A DNA stretch of 64,000 nt from contig OY759353.1 of the NCBI GenBank assembly GCA_963662315.1, positions 2,112,001 through 2,176,000 of the forward strand, written 5' to 3'. The notes below the pieces were generated by a model. The model ran no database searches. It saw nothing but the letters and a program-made list of their open reading frames with translations, and was not told the DNA's origin. Every line of letters begins with the position of its first letter. Position 1 is the first letter of the stretch. Below, in pieces: positions 49,639-62,306 of the stretch. The translations under genes were made by a program, and so were the position numbers. Origin of the DNA: Geopsychrobacteraceae bacterium (GTDB lineage Bacteria > Desulfobacterota > Desulfuromonadia > Desulfuromonadales > Geopsychrobacteraceae).

Positions 49639-51189
49639 ATGTCCAAGCATGAAAAACAGATCGTCACCAGACTCCTCGACCCGGGATGCTACACTCATCA
49701 CGTCACTAAGGTCGAACTTGTTGAAACCCACGTCTCCAGGATTTTCCTCGCCGGTGAATTTGCCTATAAAATGAAAAAACCGGTTAATTTCGGTTTCCTC
49801 GATTTTTCCACCCTGAAATTACGCCAATTCTACTGTAACGAGGAGCTACGCCTGAACCGTCGCTTTGCCCCGCAACTTTATCTGGACGTTTGCACCATTG
49901 GGGGAGAGCCGGAAAAAGTCGTGTTCGGAGGGGTTCCGGTTCAGGATTACCTGGTCAAAATGGTTCGGTTTCCGCGTCACAAACAACTCGACCAATTACT
50001 GAAAAATGATCAGTTAACGGCTGCGCAGATTGAGGATGTGGCCAAAATTCTGGCCAATTTTCACGCCACTACCGCAAGAGCTCCTTCTGCTTCAGAGTTC
50101 GGTTCACCTTCTGACGTTACGGCTCCCGTTCTGAACAACTTCAAACAATTACACAACACCCTGACAGACCCGTCATGCGCTCCGCTAATCAACGAGCTTG
50201 AAAGCTGGAGCAAATACGTCTGCGAAGCATATTCAAGACGTTTTGAGCAACGCAAGGCAAGTGGCTTTGTGCGCGAATGCCACGGCGACCTGCACCTTGC
50301 CAATATGGTCTGGTGGAAAGGGCACCCCCTGCTATTCGATTGTATTGAATTCAACCCCAACCTGCGCTGGATCGATTTGCTTAGTGAGGTCGCTTTTCTG
50401 GTTATGGACCTGGATGACCATGCCGCAACCAAACTGGGATGGCGCTTTTTAAATACGTACCTGCAGTGGACGGGAGACTATCGGGATCTGGACCTCCTGA
50501 GATTCTACAAGGTCTACCGGGCCATGGTCCGCTGCAAAGTCATCAGCCTGAGACTCAAGCAGCATGGCCTTTCTGCCACAGACCGGCGTACCGCCATCAG
50601 GCTTTTACACAGTTATCTTGAACTGGGCTGCGGCTATCTGCAGCCCAGGAAAAAGACCCTGGTCATCAGTCATGGACTATCCGGCTCTGGAAAAACAAGC
50701 TTTATTAAGAAACTGGCTGCTCGCTGTGGAGCCATAAGTATTCACTCCGACATTGAACGAAAAAGAAGCGCCGGTCTGGCTCCGATAGAAGCCAGCCATT
50801 CCGCGACAGACACTGGCCTCTACACGCCCGAGCGCACAGAGGCAACTTATCAGGAACTCCTGCTCCTGGCTGAATCCATTCTGCACGCAGGCCTGCCGGT
50901 GCTGGTGGACGCAACGTTCCTGCGCCAGGCACACAGAAACCTCTTCAGGCAGTTGGCGAAAAACCTGAATATCCAGTTTTTCATTCTTGATTTCCAACGG
51001 CCTGAAGCGGAGCTAAGGCACAGAGTCCGCCAACGGTTACAGCAAACAGAGCAAAATTCTGAAGCCACCGAACAGGTGCTGGATAAACAGCTTGTACGAC
51101 AAGAACACCTGACTGATGAAGAAATCTTGTTCAGCCACCGGATATGCGACGACAAAAACCTTGAAGATATAGCCAGCAGGCTGTCATAA
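49639..51189 (+). CDS. Aminoglycoside-phosphotransferase-like kinase fused to a P-loop kinase (COG2187/COG0645 type)
   Basis: ETHVS, KKPVNFGFLDFST, ELRLNRR, CHGDLHL.N, DCIEFN; GLSGSGKT, SDIERK, DATFL. Confidence 0.88.
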   Translation: MSKHEKQIVTRLLDPGCYTHHVTKVELVETHVSRIFLAGEFAYKMKKPVNFGFLDFSTLKLRQFYCNEELRLNRRFAPQLYLDVCTIGGEPEKVVFGGVPVQDYLVKMVRFPRHKQLDQLLKNDQLTAAQIEDVAKILANFHATTARAPSASEFGSPSDVTAPVLNNFKQLHNTLTDPSCAPLINELESWSKYVCEAYSRRFEQRKASGFVRECHGDLHLANMVWWKGHPLLFDCIEFNPNLRWIDLLSEVAFLVMDLDDHAATKLGWRFLNTYLQWTGDYRDLDLLRFYKVYRAMVRCKVISLRLKQHGLSATDRRTAIRLLHSYLELGCGYLQPRKKTLVISHGLSGSGKTSFIKKLAARCGAISIHSDIERKRSAGLAPIEASHSATDTGLYTPERTEATYQELLLLAESILHAGLPVLVDATFLRQAHRNLFRQLAKNLNIQFFILDFQRPEAELRHRVRQRLQQTEQNSEATEQVLDKQLVRQEHLTDEEILFSHRICDDKNLEDIASRLS

Positions 51190-51295
51190 TCGGCACCAGC
51201 CGCCGCAGGCATCGATTCTGGAGCCTAATGGCCATTTAATTAAACTTTGCAATTTTGGTAAGAGAAGGTAACGTCTTGATATCAGAAGGTCCTCA

Positions 51296-53947
51296 ATGAG
51301 ATTATTTCTACGTGTTCTTTCTATTTGCCTACTTCTTCTAACGCTCTCCCTTAACCTCTGGGCAACCCCTCCCCATCATATCTTGTATATCAACTCTTAT
51401 CACCCGACCTTCCCTACGTTTTTCCAGCAATTAGAAGGAATTCAATCGGTCTTTAGCAGGCAGCCGCTGCATCTTGATATTGAATTTATGGACACCAAAA
51501 GATTCCCTGGCCCGGAAACCGTCAGGAAATTTCATGCAGCCCTGTCTGAAAAACTTGCAAAACTCCCCTCCTATGATGCCATCATTGTCGCCGATGATAA
51601 CGCTCTGTCCTTCGCCATAGATTATCAGTCACAACTGTTTCCGAATCTCCCCATCGTCTTTTTAGGCGTCAACAATATTGACTTGGCCCTGCAACAGAAT
51701 GCCAACCCGTATATTACTGGCGTTGTTGAAGCGATCTCGATGCAAGAGACTATCGCCCTGATCAAAAGCTTATCCCCGCAAACCAGGCGCATCGTGGCAC
51801 TGGTTGACAACCTGCCCAGTGGCCAGGCGGACCTGAAATCTTTTTACAGTTGTCAAAAAGAATTTCCGGACCTTGAATTTTCCGAACTGTCATTGGCCCA
51901 GCAGACATTTGCATCATTTGCCAAGCAATTACGGACTCTGGGCCCTGAAGATACAGCGCTCCTATTATCGGCATATCAAGACAGCTCCGGACAAAACTTG
52001 CAATTTGAAGACAGCCTGGCTCTCATCAGCAAAAACCTTTCCCGGCCACTATATCACCTCTGGGAACACGGCATGGGAGAAGGGGTTCTGGGCGGAAAAA
52101 TAATCAGTCATCGGCAGCAAGGAGCCAGTGCCGCACAGATCGTATTAAAAATTTTAACAGGAACCCCGGTCGAGAGCATTCCGGTCACCAACATCAGTCC
52201 GAACCGCTATGAATTTGATTACCGGGAAATGCAGAAATTTGGCATATCGCCATCGATGTTGCCGGACCACAGCTCTATACTTAATAGACCCCACTCCTAT
52301 TACCAGCAACATAAACCTATTATTCTCACTTCGGCAGTCATTTTCCTGGGTTATTCTCTGTTACTGTTTGCCATGTTCAGAACCATTCGCACCCGGCGCA
52401 AGGCGCAAATCAAGCTAAAGGAGAGTGAAGGCCATTTGAAGGATCTTATTGATCAATCACCGGTGGGGCTTGCGCTATGTAGGATGGATGGATCATTTTT
52501 AACCGTTAACGCAGCCTATGCAAATATCATCGGCTACAGCGTTGAGGAGACGCTCAAACTCACCTATTGGGATGTCACGCCAAAAGAATACGTTGCCAGC
52601 GAGGAGCAACAGCTTAAACTTCTGGAACAGACCGGGAATTACGGCCCTTATGAAAAGGAGTACTATCATCGCGACGGGCACCTGGTTCCCGTGCGGCTGA
52701 AGGGCATGGTTTATTATCATGACAACCAGAAACTCATCTGGTCCAGTGTAGAAGACATCACGACCCTCAGAGAGAACAGACGCCTGGAAGAGCAATTACG
52801 CCAATCACAAAAAATGGAAGCCATCGGTACCCTGGCTGGTGGCATCGCCCACGATTTCAATAACATCCTCGCCGCCATACTCGGCTATACGGAACTGGTA
52901 TTACGCAACCAGGAGACTCTTCCGCTGAATCGTAAAAAACTTGAGCACGTCTACACCGCTGCAAAAAGGGCAAAAGACCTGGTCAAGCAGATCCTTACTT
53001 TCAGCCGCAAAGAGAAGGAAAATCGCGAACCCCTCAGCCTCAATGCCATTATCAATGAAGCGGCCCTGCTGTTACACAACACTATCCCCAAAAGCGTCAT
53101 GCTCAAAGTGGATATGGGCAACAAGGACTGTCAAGTTCTTGCCGATGCCACCCAGATGCATCAGGTCATCATGAACCTGTGTACGAATGCGTTTCATGCT
53201 CTGCCCAAAGAGTCTGGCGAGATCCATATCAGTCTGACTCAAACGAACATGAACGATGTTCTTGCACGCCAATATCCTGAGCTAACCCAGAAGCAATATG
53301 CTGTCATCTCCATTTCAGATAATGGCAGCGGTATTCCCCCGGAGGTTTTACCGCGCATCTTCGACCCGTTCTTCACCACGAAAAAAAGCGGAGCGGGAAC
53401 CGGTATGGGTCTTGCGGTGGTCCTTGGCATTATCCAAAGTCATGATGGGGCCATAGGCGTAGAAAGTACACTTGGTGAAGGAACAACCTTCACCGTATTC
53501 CTGCCGATCACCAACAGCATGAGCGCTACGCCACCACCAGAAGCAGAGGCCACAGATCTGCATGGCACAGAACGCATTCTGTTTGTTGACGATGAAATCA
53601 TGCTGACCAGTCTGGGAAAGGAAATGCTTGAATCCTTAGGCTATCGGGTTACGGTTGCAACTTCCGGCGACCAGGCTCTCGCTCTGTTTCGTGCCAACCC
53701 CGATTTTTTTGACGCCATTGTAACGGACCAAACGATGCTCGGCATTACCGGGGATGTTCTGGCCCAGGAAACCCTGCAGCTGCGGCCGGCTCTTCCAGTC
53801 ATCATCTGTACCGGGCATACCACCCTGATCGATGCAGGCAAAGCCCAACAGCTGGGGATCGCAGCCCTGTTAACCAAACCGATAAGCAGAGATAGTCTGG
53901 CTGCAGAAATCCGCAAAGCGCTGGATACAAAGGGGACTGGTTCATAA
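51296..53947 (+). CDS. Hybrid sensor kinase: ABC-substrate-binding-like periplasmic domain, PAS, HisKA, HATPase, REC
   Basis: [51 protein letters not shown]. Confidence 0.92.
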   Translation: MRLFLRVLSICLLLLTLSLNLWATPPHHILYINSYHPTFPTFFQQLEGIQSVFSRQPLHLDIEFMDTKRFPGPETVRKFHAALSEKLAKLPSYDAIIVADDNALSFAIDYQSQLFPNLPIVFLGVNNIDLALQQNANPYITGVVEAISMQETIALIKSLSPQTRRIVALVDNLPSGQADLKSFYSCQKEFPDLEFSELSLAQQTFASFAKQLRTLGPEDTALLLSAYQDSSGQNLQFEDSLALISKNLSRPLYHLWEHGMGEGVLGGKIISHRQQGASAAQIVLKILTGTPVESIPVTNISPNRYEFDYREMQKFGISPSMLPDHSSILNRPHSYYQQHKPIILTSAVIFLGYSLLLFAMFRTIRTRRKAQIKLKESEGHLKDLIDQSPVGLALCRMDGSFLTVNAAYANIIGYSVEETLKLTYWDVTPKEYVASEEQQLKLLEQTGNYGPYEKEYYHRDGHLVPVRLKGMVYYHDNQKLIWSSVEDITTLRENRRLEEQLRQSQKMEAIGTLAGGIAHDFNNILAAILGYTELVLRNQETLPLNRKKLEHVYTAAKRAKDLVKQILTFSRKEKENREPLSLNAIINEAALLLHNTIPKSVMLKVDMGNKDCQVLADATQMHQVIMNLCTNAFHALPKESGEIHISLTQTNMNDVLARQYPELTQKQYAVISISDNGSGIPPEVLPRIFDPFFTTKKSGAGTGMGLAVVLGIIQSHDGAIGVESTLGEGTTFTVFLPITNSMSATPPPEAEATDLHGTERILFVDDEIMLTSLGKEMLESLGYRVTVATSGDQALALFRANPDFFDAIVTDQTMLGITGDVLAQETLQLRPALPVIICTGHTTLIDAGKAQQLGIAALLTKPISRDSLAAEIRKALDTKGTGS

Positions 53948-54120
53948 CCGCCAAGATCCAATCCTGCTTTGCCTAGGTACCTGCTTTTGTCAAGCAGGTC
54001 ATTCCAGACTTTTTAGCTTCTTTTCACCACTGATGCTTGCAAAGCACAGTGAGTTCAGGCAAGCTCTGTGCAACAGACTTTTTTCAATCAACTTGCCAGC
54101 GCAAAGCGCAGGAGGAATAC

Positions 54121-54660
54121 ATGCCCTACTTTGCCCTTACCATCATTGGCCGTGACCGTCCCGGCATTGTTTCACAGGTCACCGAAATTCTTTATCGCCT
54201 GGGATTTAATATTGCAGACTCCAGTTGTTCGATACTTGGTGGTCAGTTTTCAATGATCCTGATCATTTCAAGTCCGGAGATGCAGACAGATACCGACTTC
54301 AAGGAAGAATTTTCCGCTCTTGAAGAAAATAACCTGTCCGTCTTTATCCGCACCCTCAAACCGGGCGGGGAAATCAGGCCGGATATTGAAGGTGAGCACT
54401 GCATGATCTCGGTCTATGGTTCTGACAAACCTGGCATTGTCTATCAGGTTGCCAAAGAACTGGGTGAGCGCAAGATCAACATTACCGACCTGAATACCAA
54501 GCTGATTGGTGAAGAGAAATCACCTGTCTATGTCATGATGCTTGAAGCCACTTTACCAGAGGGAATTGAACTGCAGGATGTCGAAGGCTGGATGAAAGAA
54601 CTGAAACAGCAGCTTAAGGTCGATATTTCAGTCCGCTCACTGGAGACCATGGAGCTGTAA
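54121..54660 (+). CDS. Double ACT-domain protein (GcvR-like)
   Basis: G.DRPGIV and G.DKPGIV repeats; AGGAGG RBS before ATG 54121. Confidence 0.88.
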   Translation: MPYFALTIIGRDRPGIVSQVTEILYRLGFNIADSSCSILGGQFSMILIISSPEMQTDTDFKEEFSALEENNLSVFIRTLKPGGEIRPDIEGEHCMISVYGSDKPGIVYQVAKELGERKINITDLNTKLIGEEKSPVYVMMLEATLPEGIELQDVEGWMKELKQQLKVDISVRSLETMEL

Positions 54661-55170
54661 ATGGCTGTCAGGGAAATTCTCGTTTATCCGGATCCGCGCC
54701 TCAAGGAAGTCTGTAAACCGATAGAAAGCTTTGATGAATCCGTCAGCCTGCTGTTGCAGGACCTGGTTGACACCATGGTCGACGCCGGACACTCCGTAGG
54801 TGTCGCAGCATCTCAGATTGGCGATTTACGCCGCGCTGTCGTGGTTGACGTTTCACACAGTAAATTAGGCAAGAAACAGGAAAACCATGGCCTGATGCAG
54901 ATGGTCAACCCGGTGATTATCCAACGCGAAGGGGATCAGGTTGTACGCGAAGGGTGTATGTCGGTCCCCGACTATACCGGCAATGTCAACCGTGCCGAAG
55001 TTATCGTTGTTCAATATACGGATGAGAATCAGCAGCGCCACGTTATCCGCTGTGAAGGATTTGAAGCCATCGCCGTGCAACACGAACTTGACCACCTTGA
55101 CGGTTACCTGTTCCTTGACCGGGTATCAAGCCTTAAAACCGATCTGTTCCGGCGCAAACAGAAAAAATAA
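54661..55170 (+). CDS. def: Peptide deformylase
   Basis: GVAASQIG, EGCMS, QHELDHLDG. Confidence 0.93.
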   Translation: MAVREILVYPDPRLKEVCKPIESFDESVSLLLQDLVDTMVDAGHSVGVAASQIGDLRRAVVVDVSHSKLGKKQENHGLMQMVNPVIIQREGDQVVREGCMSVPDYTGNVNRAEVIVVQYTDENQQRHVIRCEGFEAIAVQHELDHLDGYLFLDRVSSLKTDLFRRKQKK

Positions 55171-55259
55171 TCATCGTTAAAAAAGCGGGAGCCCTGACTC
55201 CCGCTTTCAACTTAGCCTGCCATGCGTCTCGAAACGACTAACTAGTCGTCATTCCCCGG

Positions 55260-55730
55260 TCAAAGCCTTCTGGTTATAAGCCAGTAAGTTGTTCCCAAAG
55301 CTGCTACCACTGCTGCCGTACCAAACAGATAGTCTGGAGTTATATTTTCAAAATCAAAAATAATGACCTTTCTGGCAATGGCCATCAGCGCGGTAGCGAC
55401 CACCAGACGGACAGGGATGACGTGGCTGTTCAGATACATGGTAATGTTGATGAAGATCTCTATGGCGATAAGGACCGCAAGAAAAGCACCGAAGGTCGCC
55501 AGAATATCATTGATCTGTAAAAACAGAAATGGCGGTGAAACCAGACGCTGGTACAGAACAAATACCACATCCCCAATCCCCCAGATAATAACAGCTACCA
55601 TGAGAACGGCAAGAATCTTGACCGCAAAGCGAATGATCCGATGCAATACGCAAATCGTTGCATCTTCATGCTCCAAATGCAGATCATGTCCAGGTTCATG
55701 CTCATGGGTGGTCTTCAGTTCTTCAACCAT
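55260..55730 (-). CDS. PsiE-family membrane protein
   Basis: LAVLIAIE...VATALMAIARKVII. Confidence 0.85.
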   Translation of the reverse strand: MVEELKTTHEHEPGHDLHLEHEDATICVLHRIIRFAVKILAVLMVAVIIWGIGDVVFVLYQRLVSPPFLFLQINDILATFGAFLAVLIAIEIFINITMYLNSHVIPVRLVVATALMAIARKVIIFDFENITPDYLFGTAAVVAALGTTYWLITRRL

Positions 55731-56015
55731 AGCGCAACCTTTCGACCCTCACAATAACAGCGGCCATATACATTACAGTTTAGCGACAAACTGTATAATG
55801 GCAAATCGTTGTCCTATAGATCAACAACAGCAGATGTCACCGAACTTCTTTTCATTGCCCCCTTGTCCCTTTCCAAGAGATAAAAGTATGATAGGATTTT
55901 CAATATATTGAGAGGCGACCTATTATCCCAACCAGTTTCTGCCTGGAGAGTTCAGAAAGAGGCTTCAAAGATTTCAGTGCAGAAACCGTCTTGATAAGGA
56001 AGGGCTTGAGTTACT

Positions 56016-57422
56016 ATGTGGGATCAGCAAAACAGTCATTATGATGTCATCGTCATCGGTAGTGGTCCAGGAGGAGAAGGAGCTGCCATTAAGCTCGCTA
56101 AAGCAGGAAAATCTGTCGCCATTATCGAGCGTTATCCCCTGGTCGGTGGTGGCTGTACGCACCTCGGGACAATCCCCAGTAAAGCCTTGATCAGAGTCAT
56201 TCAGGATTACACGGGCAAAAAACACAGTCGCCTGTTCCGCAACATGTTTCAGGCCAGGAAACTCAGTTGTGAAGAACTCCTCGACGGAGTTGCCGATGTC
56301 ATCAATCAACAGGTCAGTGACCGGCAGAGCTTTTATGAACGAAATGATGTTGAGATTATTGAAGGCAATGCCGTTTTTAATGACCCCCATACGGTCGTTG
56401 TGACAAATCAGCAAGGGAGTTGTTTTCGCCTGACCGCAGATTTTTTCGTCATTGCCACCGGCTCTCACCCCTATCATCCTGAAGATATCAACTTTAACAC
56501 CCCCCGTGTCGTCGACAGTGACACGGTGCTGCAAATGAAAGAACTTCCCAGCACCCTGACCGTCTACGGGGCCGGTGTTATCGGTTCTGAATATGCTTCA
56601 GCATTCAGAGAACTGGGAATCAAGGTTAACCTGATCAACACCCGGGCTCGTCTGCTTGAATATCTTGACGAAGAATTCAGCAACGCTCTTAGTTACCATA
56701 TGCGCGATGTTCAGGGTATCGTCATCCGTCAGAACGAAGAATATGATCGCGTTGAAGTCACCGAAAAAGAGGTTATTCTGCACCTGAAAACCGGTAAAGT
56801 CATCAAGTCAGATATGCTGCTGTGGGCCAATGGCCGCACCGGCAATTCCTTCGGCATTGGACTGGAGGAGCTGGGGATCTCGGTCAATCACCGCGGCAAT
56901 GTCGACGTCAACGAAGCCTTTCAGACAGCCCAGCCTCATATTTATGCCGTCGGCGACCTGGTCGGTTTCCCCAACCTGGCCAGTGCCGCGTATGACCAGG
57001 GACGCTTTGCCGCAACCCATATTGCTGAAGGCCGCTGCGACCTGCGCCTGGTCAGCAACATTCCTACCGGTATTTACACCATTCCGGAAATCAGCTGTAT
57101 CGGGGGGACTGAGCAGGAACTGACCGAAAAATGCGTTCCCTATGAGGTCGGCCATGCCTTCTTCCGCCACCTGGCCCGCGGTCAGATCAGCGGCCATAAA
57201 GCAGGTATGCTCAAATTGCTATTTCACCGCGAAACGCTGGAAATACTCGGGATCCATTGCTTTGGTCAGAACGCCGCAGAAATCCTGCACATCGGACAGG
57301 CAATCATGAGCCAGCCGGCACCTTACAATAATATCAAATATTTTATGAACACCACCTTCAACTATCCGACCATGGCGGAAGCTTACCGGGTAGCGGCGCT
57401 AAACGGATATAACCGGCTTTAA
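56016..57422 (+). CDS. sthA: Soluble pyridine nucleotide transhydrogenase
   Basis: [24 protein letters not shown] (single-Cys CxxxxT), [28 protein letters not shown]. Confidence 0.94.
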   Translation: MWDQQNSHYDVIVIGSGPGGEGAAIKLAKAGKSVAIIERYPLVGGGCTHLGTIPSKALIRVIQDYTGKKHSRLFRNMFQARKLSCEELLDGVADVINQQVSDRQSFYERNDVEIIEGNAVFNDPHTVVVTNQQGSCFRLTADFFVIATGSHPYHPEDINFNTPRVVDSDTVLQMKELPSTLTVYGAGVIGSEYASAFRELGIKVNLINTRARLLEYLDEEFSNALSYHMRDVQGIVIRQNEEYDRVEVTEKEVILHLKTGKVIKSDMLLWANGRTGNSFGIGLEELGISVNHRGNVDVNEAFQTAQPHIYAVGDLVGFPNLASAAYDQGRFAATHIAEGRCDLRLVSNIPTGIYTIPEISCIGGTEQELTEKCVPYEVGHAFFRHLARGQISGHKAGMLKLLFHRETLEILGIHCFGQNAAEILHIGQAIMSQPAPYNNIKYFMNTTFNYPTMAEAYRVAALNGYNRL

Positions 57423-57889
57423 CCCAAAAAAGTAAAAGGGCAGCCTTTGGCATGTGGACCACTGAGACCGAGGGTGCGGAATTCTGTCTCCAGTCAATTA
57501 CCGAACGAAAAGACCCCGGGTTCGTTTCCCACAGACGAAGCATTTTCCAAACAGAGATATCTGGCACTGCATATCATTGCCAAGAGGCACCTCAATGTCC
57601 AGACACGCTTGCGGGAGGCTTCGTCGACCGTTTTAGGTCAGCAACCTGCTTGTCCTTAGCCCGAGCCGGTAACTCAATAAGTACCCATTCTTTTTGCACG
57701 GGCGAAGCCCCTTATTTTCACAATAAAAATAAATTAAAAGCATTTACATATAGTGGATATTATCCTACATTTGTTAGAATCTATTAATTGCATTGTCGTC
57801 CAGAATCTCGAACACCGGATTTTGAACATTTTTAAATTGTCGATATGTGGCCAAAAGGTCATATATGGGAAAATCAAGAGGGAACGTTA

Positions 57890-59722
57890 ATGAAAAATCT
57901 CAAGTTTTCTTACAAAATTACAGGTCTGTGTATCGTTGTTTCCTGCCTATTTATGTTAACGATCGGGTTCGTTTATACCAGTGCAAAAAGCCAAATTTTT
58001 CACGACAAAGAATCCGGAGTTGAAAACCTTGTCTATACGGCCTGGAGTCTTGTCAATGATTATGCAAACCTTGCCAAGACTGGAGAAATCAGCGTTGAAA
58101 AAGCTCAACAGTTGGCGATTCAGTCTGTGAGGGCTCTACGCTATGATGGTGAGAACTATTACTGGATTAACGATCTGGCTCCTAACATGATCATGCACCC
58201 CTTCAGTAAGGATCTTGAGGGGAAAAATCTGTCCAACATTAAAGATCCCAATGGGTTGGCCCTCTTTTCAGAAATGGCCTTAGTTGCTAAAAACAAAGGT
58301 GAAGGGCATATTGATTATGTTTGGTCTAAACCGGGAGTCAGTCAGCCTGTCGATAAAGTATCCTTTGTCAAACTGGTACCCGAGTGGAATTGGGTTATTG
58401 GTAGCGGCATCTATCTTGATGATATTCAAAATGAATTTTATTCCATGCTGATGGACATTCTGATGGCGCTAGGGATCACAATTGTTATTGCGTCCATTCT
58501 CATCTTCCTGATCTCACGAAGTATTACTAAACCTCTGCATAAGATTATTGCGAAGATTGACAAAATCTCAAAGGGCGATACCAGTTCAGTTGAGGGATCA
58601 GCGATACAGCTTTCAAATACCGGCCAACCTAAAAATGAAATACAGGAACTCGATGCCATTGTAGCCAGCCTCGCAGCAACGCTTGGGAATCGAGCCGAAT
58701 TGGCACTGTCTATCGCGAATGGAGACCTGTCTCACGAAGTTCAGCTGGCATCGGAAAACGATAAACTCGGTATCGCTTTTCAGGTCATGACAGACAATCT
58801 CAATGAAATTCTGTTCCAGATACAGAGTGCCAGCAACCAAATTAACTCAGTTAGTGGACAAGTTGCTGATTCCAGTCAAGCACTCGCTCAGGGCGCGACG
58901 GAATCCGCGAGTTCGTTGGAGGAAGTCTCAGCGTCTATGAGTCAGATGTCGTCTCAGGTCACGGTTAATGCCGAGAATGCAAACGTCGCTGATCAGTTGT
59001 CAAAGGAAGCGAAGTTAACTGCGGAAAAAGGTGATCAGCAAATGGCAGAGATGGTTCTCTCCATGGTTAACATTAGTGATTCGAGTAATAATATCAGAAA
59101 AATCATAAAGGTCATTGATGAGATCGCCTTTCAAACAAATCTTCTTGCCCTTAATGCTGCCGTTGAGGCGGCCAGAGCAGGGCAACACGGGAAAGGATTT
59201 GCTGTAGTCGCGGAAGAAGTTCGTAATCTTGCAGTAAGATGTGCTAAAGCGGCTCAAGAGACTACTGATTTGATTGAAAATTCAATTGCTCTTACAGACA
59301 AGGGAAATCAGATCGCTCAGCACACTGCCGCAGAACTCGAAGAGATTATGGCAAGCACGAATAAGGTGTCGGATCTCCTTGAAGAGATCGCTGCAGCATC
59401 CAATGAGCAGGCGCAAGGGATAAATCAGATTAATACCGGGATCGATCAAATCGACAGAGTGACCCAGCAGAATACTGCGACTGCAGAGCAAACTGCTGCG
59501 GCATCGGAAGAGCTTTCAAGCCAAGCCTTGCAGATGCAGAGCATGCTCAAACGGTTTGTATTGCGTAAAGTTGCGGCTAGCACAGACCATGAAGAAAGGG
59601 CTATTGCTCAAGGCAATCAATTATTGACAGGAGGAGGCAGCGAGTGGTTAAACCATTCATCCCATACCAAATTAAAGGTGGCTATGGTCGCTTTTGATAA
59701 TAATGAGTTTGGCCGTTATTAA
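57890..59722 (+). CDS. Methyl-accepting chemotaxis protein (sCache_2)
   Basis: [43 protein letters not shown]; ends NEFGRY. Confidence 0.94.
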   Translation: MKNLKFSYKITGLCIVVSCLFMLTIGFVYTSAKSQIFHDKESGVENLVYTAWSLVNDYANLAKTGEISVEKAQQLAIQSVRALRYDGENYYWINDLAPNMIMHPFSKDLEGKNLSNIKDPNGLALFSEMALVAKNKGEGHIDYVWSKPGVSQPVDKVSFVKLVPEWNWVIGSGIYLDDIQNEFYSMLMDILMALGITIVIASILIFLISRSITKPLHKIIAKIDKISKGDTSSVEGSAIQLSNTGQPKNEIQELDAIVASLAATLGNRAELALSIANGDLSHEVQLASENDKLGIAFQVMTDNLNEILFQIQSASNQINSVSGQVADSSQALAQGATESASSLEEVSASMSQMSSQVTVNAENANVADQLSKEAKLTAEKGDQQMAEMVLSMVNISDSSNNIRKIIKVIDEIAFQTNLLALNAAVEAARAGQHGKGFAVVAEEVRNLAVRCAKAAQETTDLIENSIALTDKGNQIAQHTAAELEEIMASTNKVSDLLEEIAAASNEQAQGINQINTGIDQIDRVTQQNTATAEQTAAASEELSSQALQMQSMLKRFVLRKVAASTDHEERAIAQGNQLLTGGGSEWLNHSSHTKLKVAMVAFDNNEFGRY

Positions 59723-59923
59723 AATCCTAAAAAGATTTGAGCCCCATCGAATATAATCGGTGGGGCTTTTTTATGATATATGACACATAACCTGAGCTGC
59801 CTGCACCTTCCAGGTAAAATCCAACATCATGATCTGTAAAAGAGCGGGACCAGGTCTGGCAAATAGATTCTTTTGAACAGTTTGACCGCTTGCGAGCCAG
59901 ACACAAAATGTTTCGCGAAGAAA

Positions 59924-60424
59924 CTATTCCCCGAGAAAACTCCTGACCTCCGAATCGTTCACTATTTCAGCGACAAGCTTGGTCAAGGCAAAATTACAGG
60001 CGTGAAAGATATCTATCCCAGAGGCGTTTTTCACACTATAGGCTTTATTTATGCCATTATTCGCTGTCAGGCTGGCTCTGACAACGCAGATCTCCGTAAA
60101 AGGTGGAGCGGCCATAAACTGGTAGAGTTCCTGAACCGCCAGCTTTAGCTGTTTGGAAGCAGCCGGTTCAATGGCCACCCCGACCAGGCCTAATTGTTCT
60201 GCCAGCATTTTAAGCGTTTCCTCTGTCGTTGCCTGAAGATTAACCGGGATGCCGCCAAACCTCTCGACCCTTAATTCGCTCTGGTTTTGACCGTTCAAAA
60301 GACTGACAGCTGATGCACTTTGAGGTGGATCGATCAAGCCGGCTTTCATTGGGTCGGGTTTTGGAGCATAGGGGGTACAGGCCGAAAGAAAAAGAGTGAG
60401 GACAAGTAGTGGCAAGTATTTCAT
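59924..60424 (-). CDS. Hypothetical lipoprotein
   Basis: Lipobox LSAC; AGGA RBS. Confidence 0.78.
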   Translation of the reverse strand: MKYLPLLVLTLFLSACTPYAPKPDPMKAGLIDPPQSASAVSLLNGQNQSELRVERFGGIPVNLQATTEETLKMLAEQLGLVGVAIEPAASKQLKLAVQELYQFMAAPPFTEICVVRASLTANNGINKAYSVKNASGIDIFHACNFALTKLVAEIVNDSEVRSFLGE

Positions 60425-60691
60425 TGCTCTTCCTTTCTAGGATAAGGGGATTCCAAAGGCAACGCTTGTTGAGATCTTTATATCGGTACAACGAAAAGAA
60501 TAGAAGAAAATTAATTATTTAGTTGATCATGCTTTAAATAAAAGACCTTCTGGATAGTGCTCAAAAATTCGGATTAATCTATAATCGAAAACTTCAGAAC
60601 CAGAGCAATCCGGCCACTTCTGATGATTTTCATAGTGAAAGCAACAGGCCTATGATATGAAAAAGCAGGACGTTGTTCGACTCCGGCGAAT

Positions 60692-61630
60692 TTGAAAGTC
60701 CCTGTAAAAGAAGCCTTGTCTTACCTGCCCGTTGAGGATAAACCTTTGAAGACCTTGCCTATTTCACTCCCGATACTACAGTTGATTAGTGGCTCCATCT
60801 TTATCAGCTTTGCGCCGATTCTCATCAGGTTTGCCAATGTTCATCCCGATGTTGCCGGATTCTACCGGATGTTTTTTGCCTTTTGGGGCCTTTTGTTTTT
60901 GGTCGTGGTCCGGAAAGAACGCCTGCATTATCCTGGGAAGGCACTCACACTGCTGCTTCTTTGCGGAGTGTGGCTCTCCTGTGACTTTATGGTTTGGCAT
61001 CGCAGCATCGGCCTGATAGGACCCGGCTTTTCTACCCTTTTGGGAAACTTTCAGGTGTTCTTCACAACCATAATCTCATATTGGCTGTTTGGTGAAAGGA
61101 TACGTCCATCATTCATTCTGGCAATTCTGTTTGGTTTTCTGGGGTTATTGCTGATGACCGGGTTCAATTTTGCAAATCTTTCCGGCGAGATCAGAGTGGG
61201 GATTCTGCTGGGGTTTGCGACCGCCCTGTTCTATTCCTTTTACATCCTAACGCTTAAACAGGCGATGTCACGATCTGCTCTAAGCGGCACTTCCGCCATG
61301 CTAATTATTTCCGTTTCCAGTGTCATTATTCTGGGTGGACTCATCCAGAGTCGGGGAATCTCATTCGCCATCGGGAATAGCGCTTCATGGTGGGCTTTGG
61401 TGGGAGTGGGTGTTCTTGGAAGCACTATTGGCTGGTCACTATTATCTGCTGCATTGAGAGTGGTCCCTGCATCAACGGCTGGCCTCACAATGCTGCTGCA
61501 ACCGGCGTTATCATTTTTTTGGGATGTCCTGTTGTTTAATCGGCCAACCTCATGGCTGGAATATACCGGAATCCTTCTTATTCTGGCGGCAATCTACCTC
61601 GGAACAATAAAGAACAAAGACAGTCAATGA
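60692..61630 (+). CDS. DMT/EamA family transporter
   Basis: About 10 TMs in two EamA repeats; start uncertain. Confidence 0.85.
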   Translation: MKVPVKEALSYLPVEDKPLKTLPISLPILQLISGSIFISFAPILIRFANVHPDVAGFYRMFFAFWGLLFLVVVRKERLHYPGKALTLLLLCGVWLSCDFMVWHRSIGLIGPGFSTLLGNFQVFFTTIISYWLFGERIRPSFILAILFGFLGLLLMTGFNFANLSGEIRVGILLGFATALFYSFYILTLKQAMSRSALSGTSAMLIISVSSVIILGGLIQSRGISFAIGNSASWWALVGVGVLGSTIGWSLLSAALRVVPASTAGLTMLLQPALSFFWDVLLFNRPTSWLEYTGILLILAAIYLGTIKNKDSQ

Positions 61631-61748
61631 CTAACGCCCAAATCATACAAGGGAACGTACTGACACGTCCTTTTCTCTTCAAAGAAATGACACTTGAAAT
61701 CTCCAGAGCCGACTGTTTTCCTTCCGGTGGACTGGCTGATGAGGCACA

Positions 61749-62165
61749 TTATTCCGTGAATTTTTTCATTGCCTGTGACGTTGTAAACACAGCCATTCCT
61801 GTTTTCATAGCTCCAAACCCAAGCTTTTTATAGAAGCCTTCCTTGCCAGGAGTCGCGTAAAGAATAATATTACAGTTTGGAAGGCGATCAATAATAGTTT
61901 GGATAATGACTTTGCCAACTCCCTTTCCTTGGGCTGCTGGTAAAACGGCAACATCATAAATGGCAGCTTGATACTCACCATCAGAAATCGCTCTGCCAAA
62001 ACCAAGCAACTGTGATTCCTCATAGACGAAAACCGTTGTATGACTGGCCTCGAAGGCTCTCTTATGAACTTCAGGTTGATGGTAAGCCATCCCAACTTTT
62101 TGCAGTGAATCCGCTATGGTCTGCCAATCAACTCCTGAACAATCCGTGACTATTTTTAGTTCCAT
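61749..62165 (-). CDS. GNAT N-acetyltransferase
   Basis: GFGRAISDG, IYDVAVLP..QGKGVG, FYKKLGF. Confidence 0.9.
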   Translation of the reverse strand: MELKIVTDCSGVDWQTIADSLQKVGMAYHQPEVHKRAFEASHTTVFVYEESQLLGFGRAISDGEYQAAIYDVAVLPAAQGKGVGKVIIQTIIDRLPNCNIILYATPGKEGFYKKLGFGAMKTGMAVFTTSQAMKKFTE

Positions 62166-62306
62166 TTTTATTTCTTCCGCTCCGGGTGGACACGCCGTGG
62201 ACAATGCATTGCGAGTTGGCAGAACACGTCACGAGCTACTTAAGGCTATGCGCCATTGGCTAAAGTCTTCTGCTAAATACAGATAATACACAGTTATTAA
62301 GCGTCG

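Noticed and set aside
57423..57720. Short ORFs or an RNA element after sthA
   Set aside because: No RBS, recognisable motif or clear structure; left unexplained.
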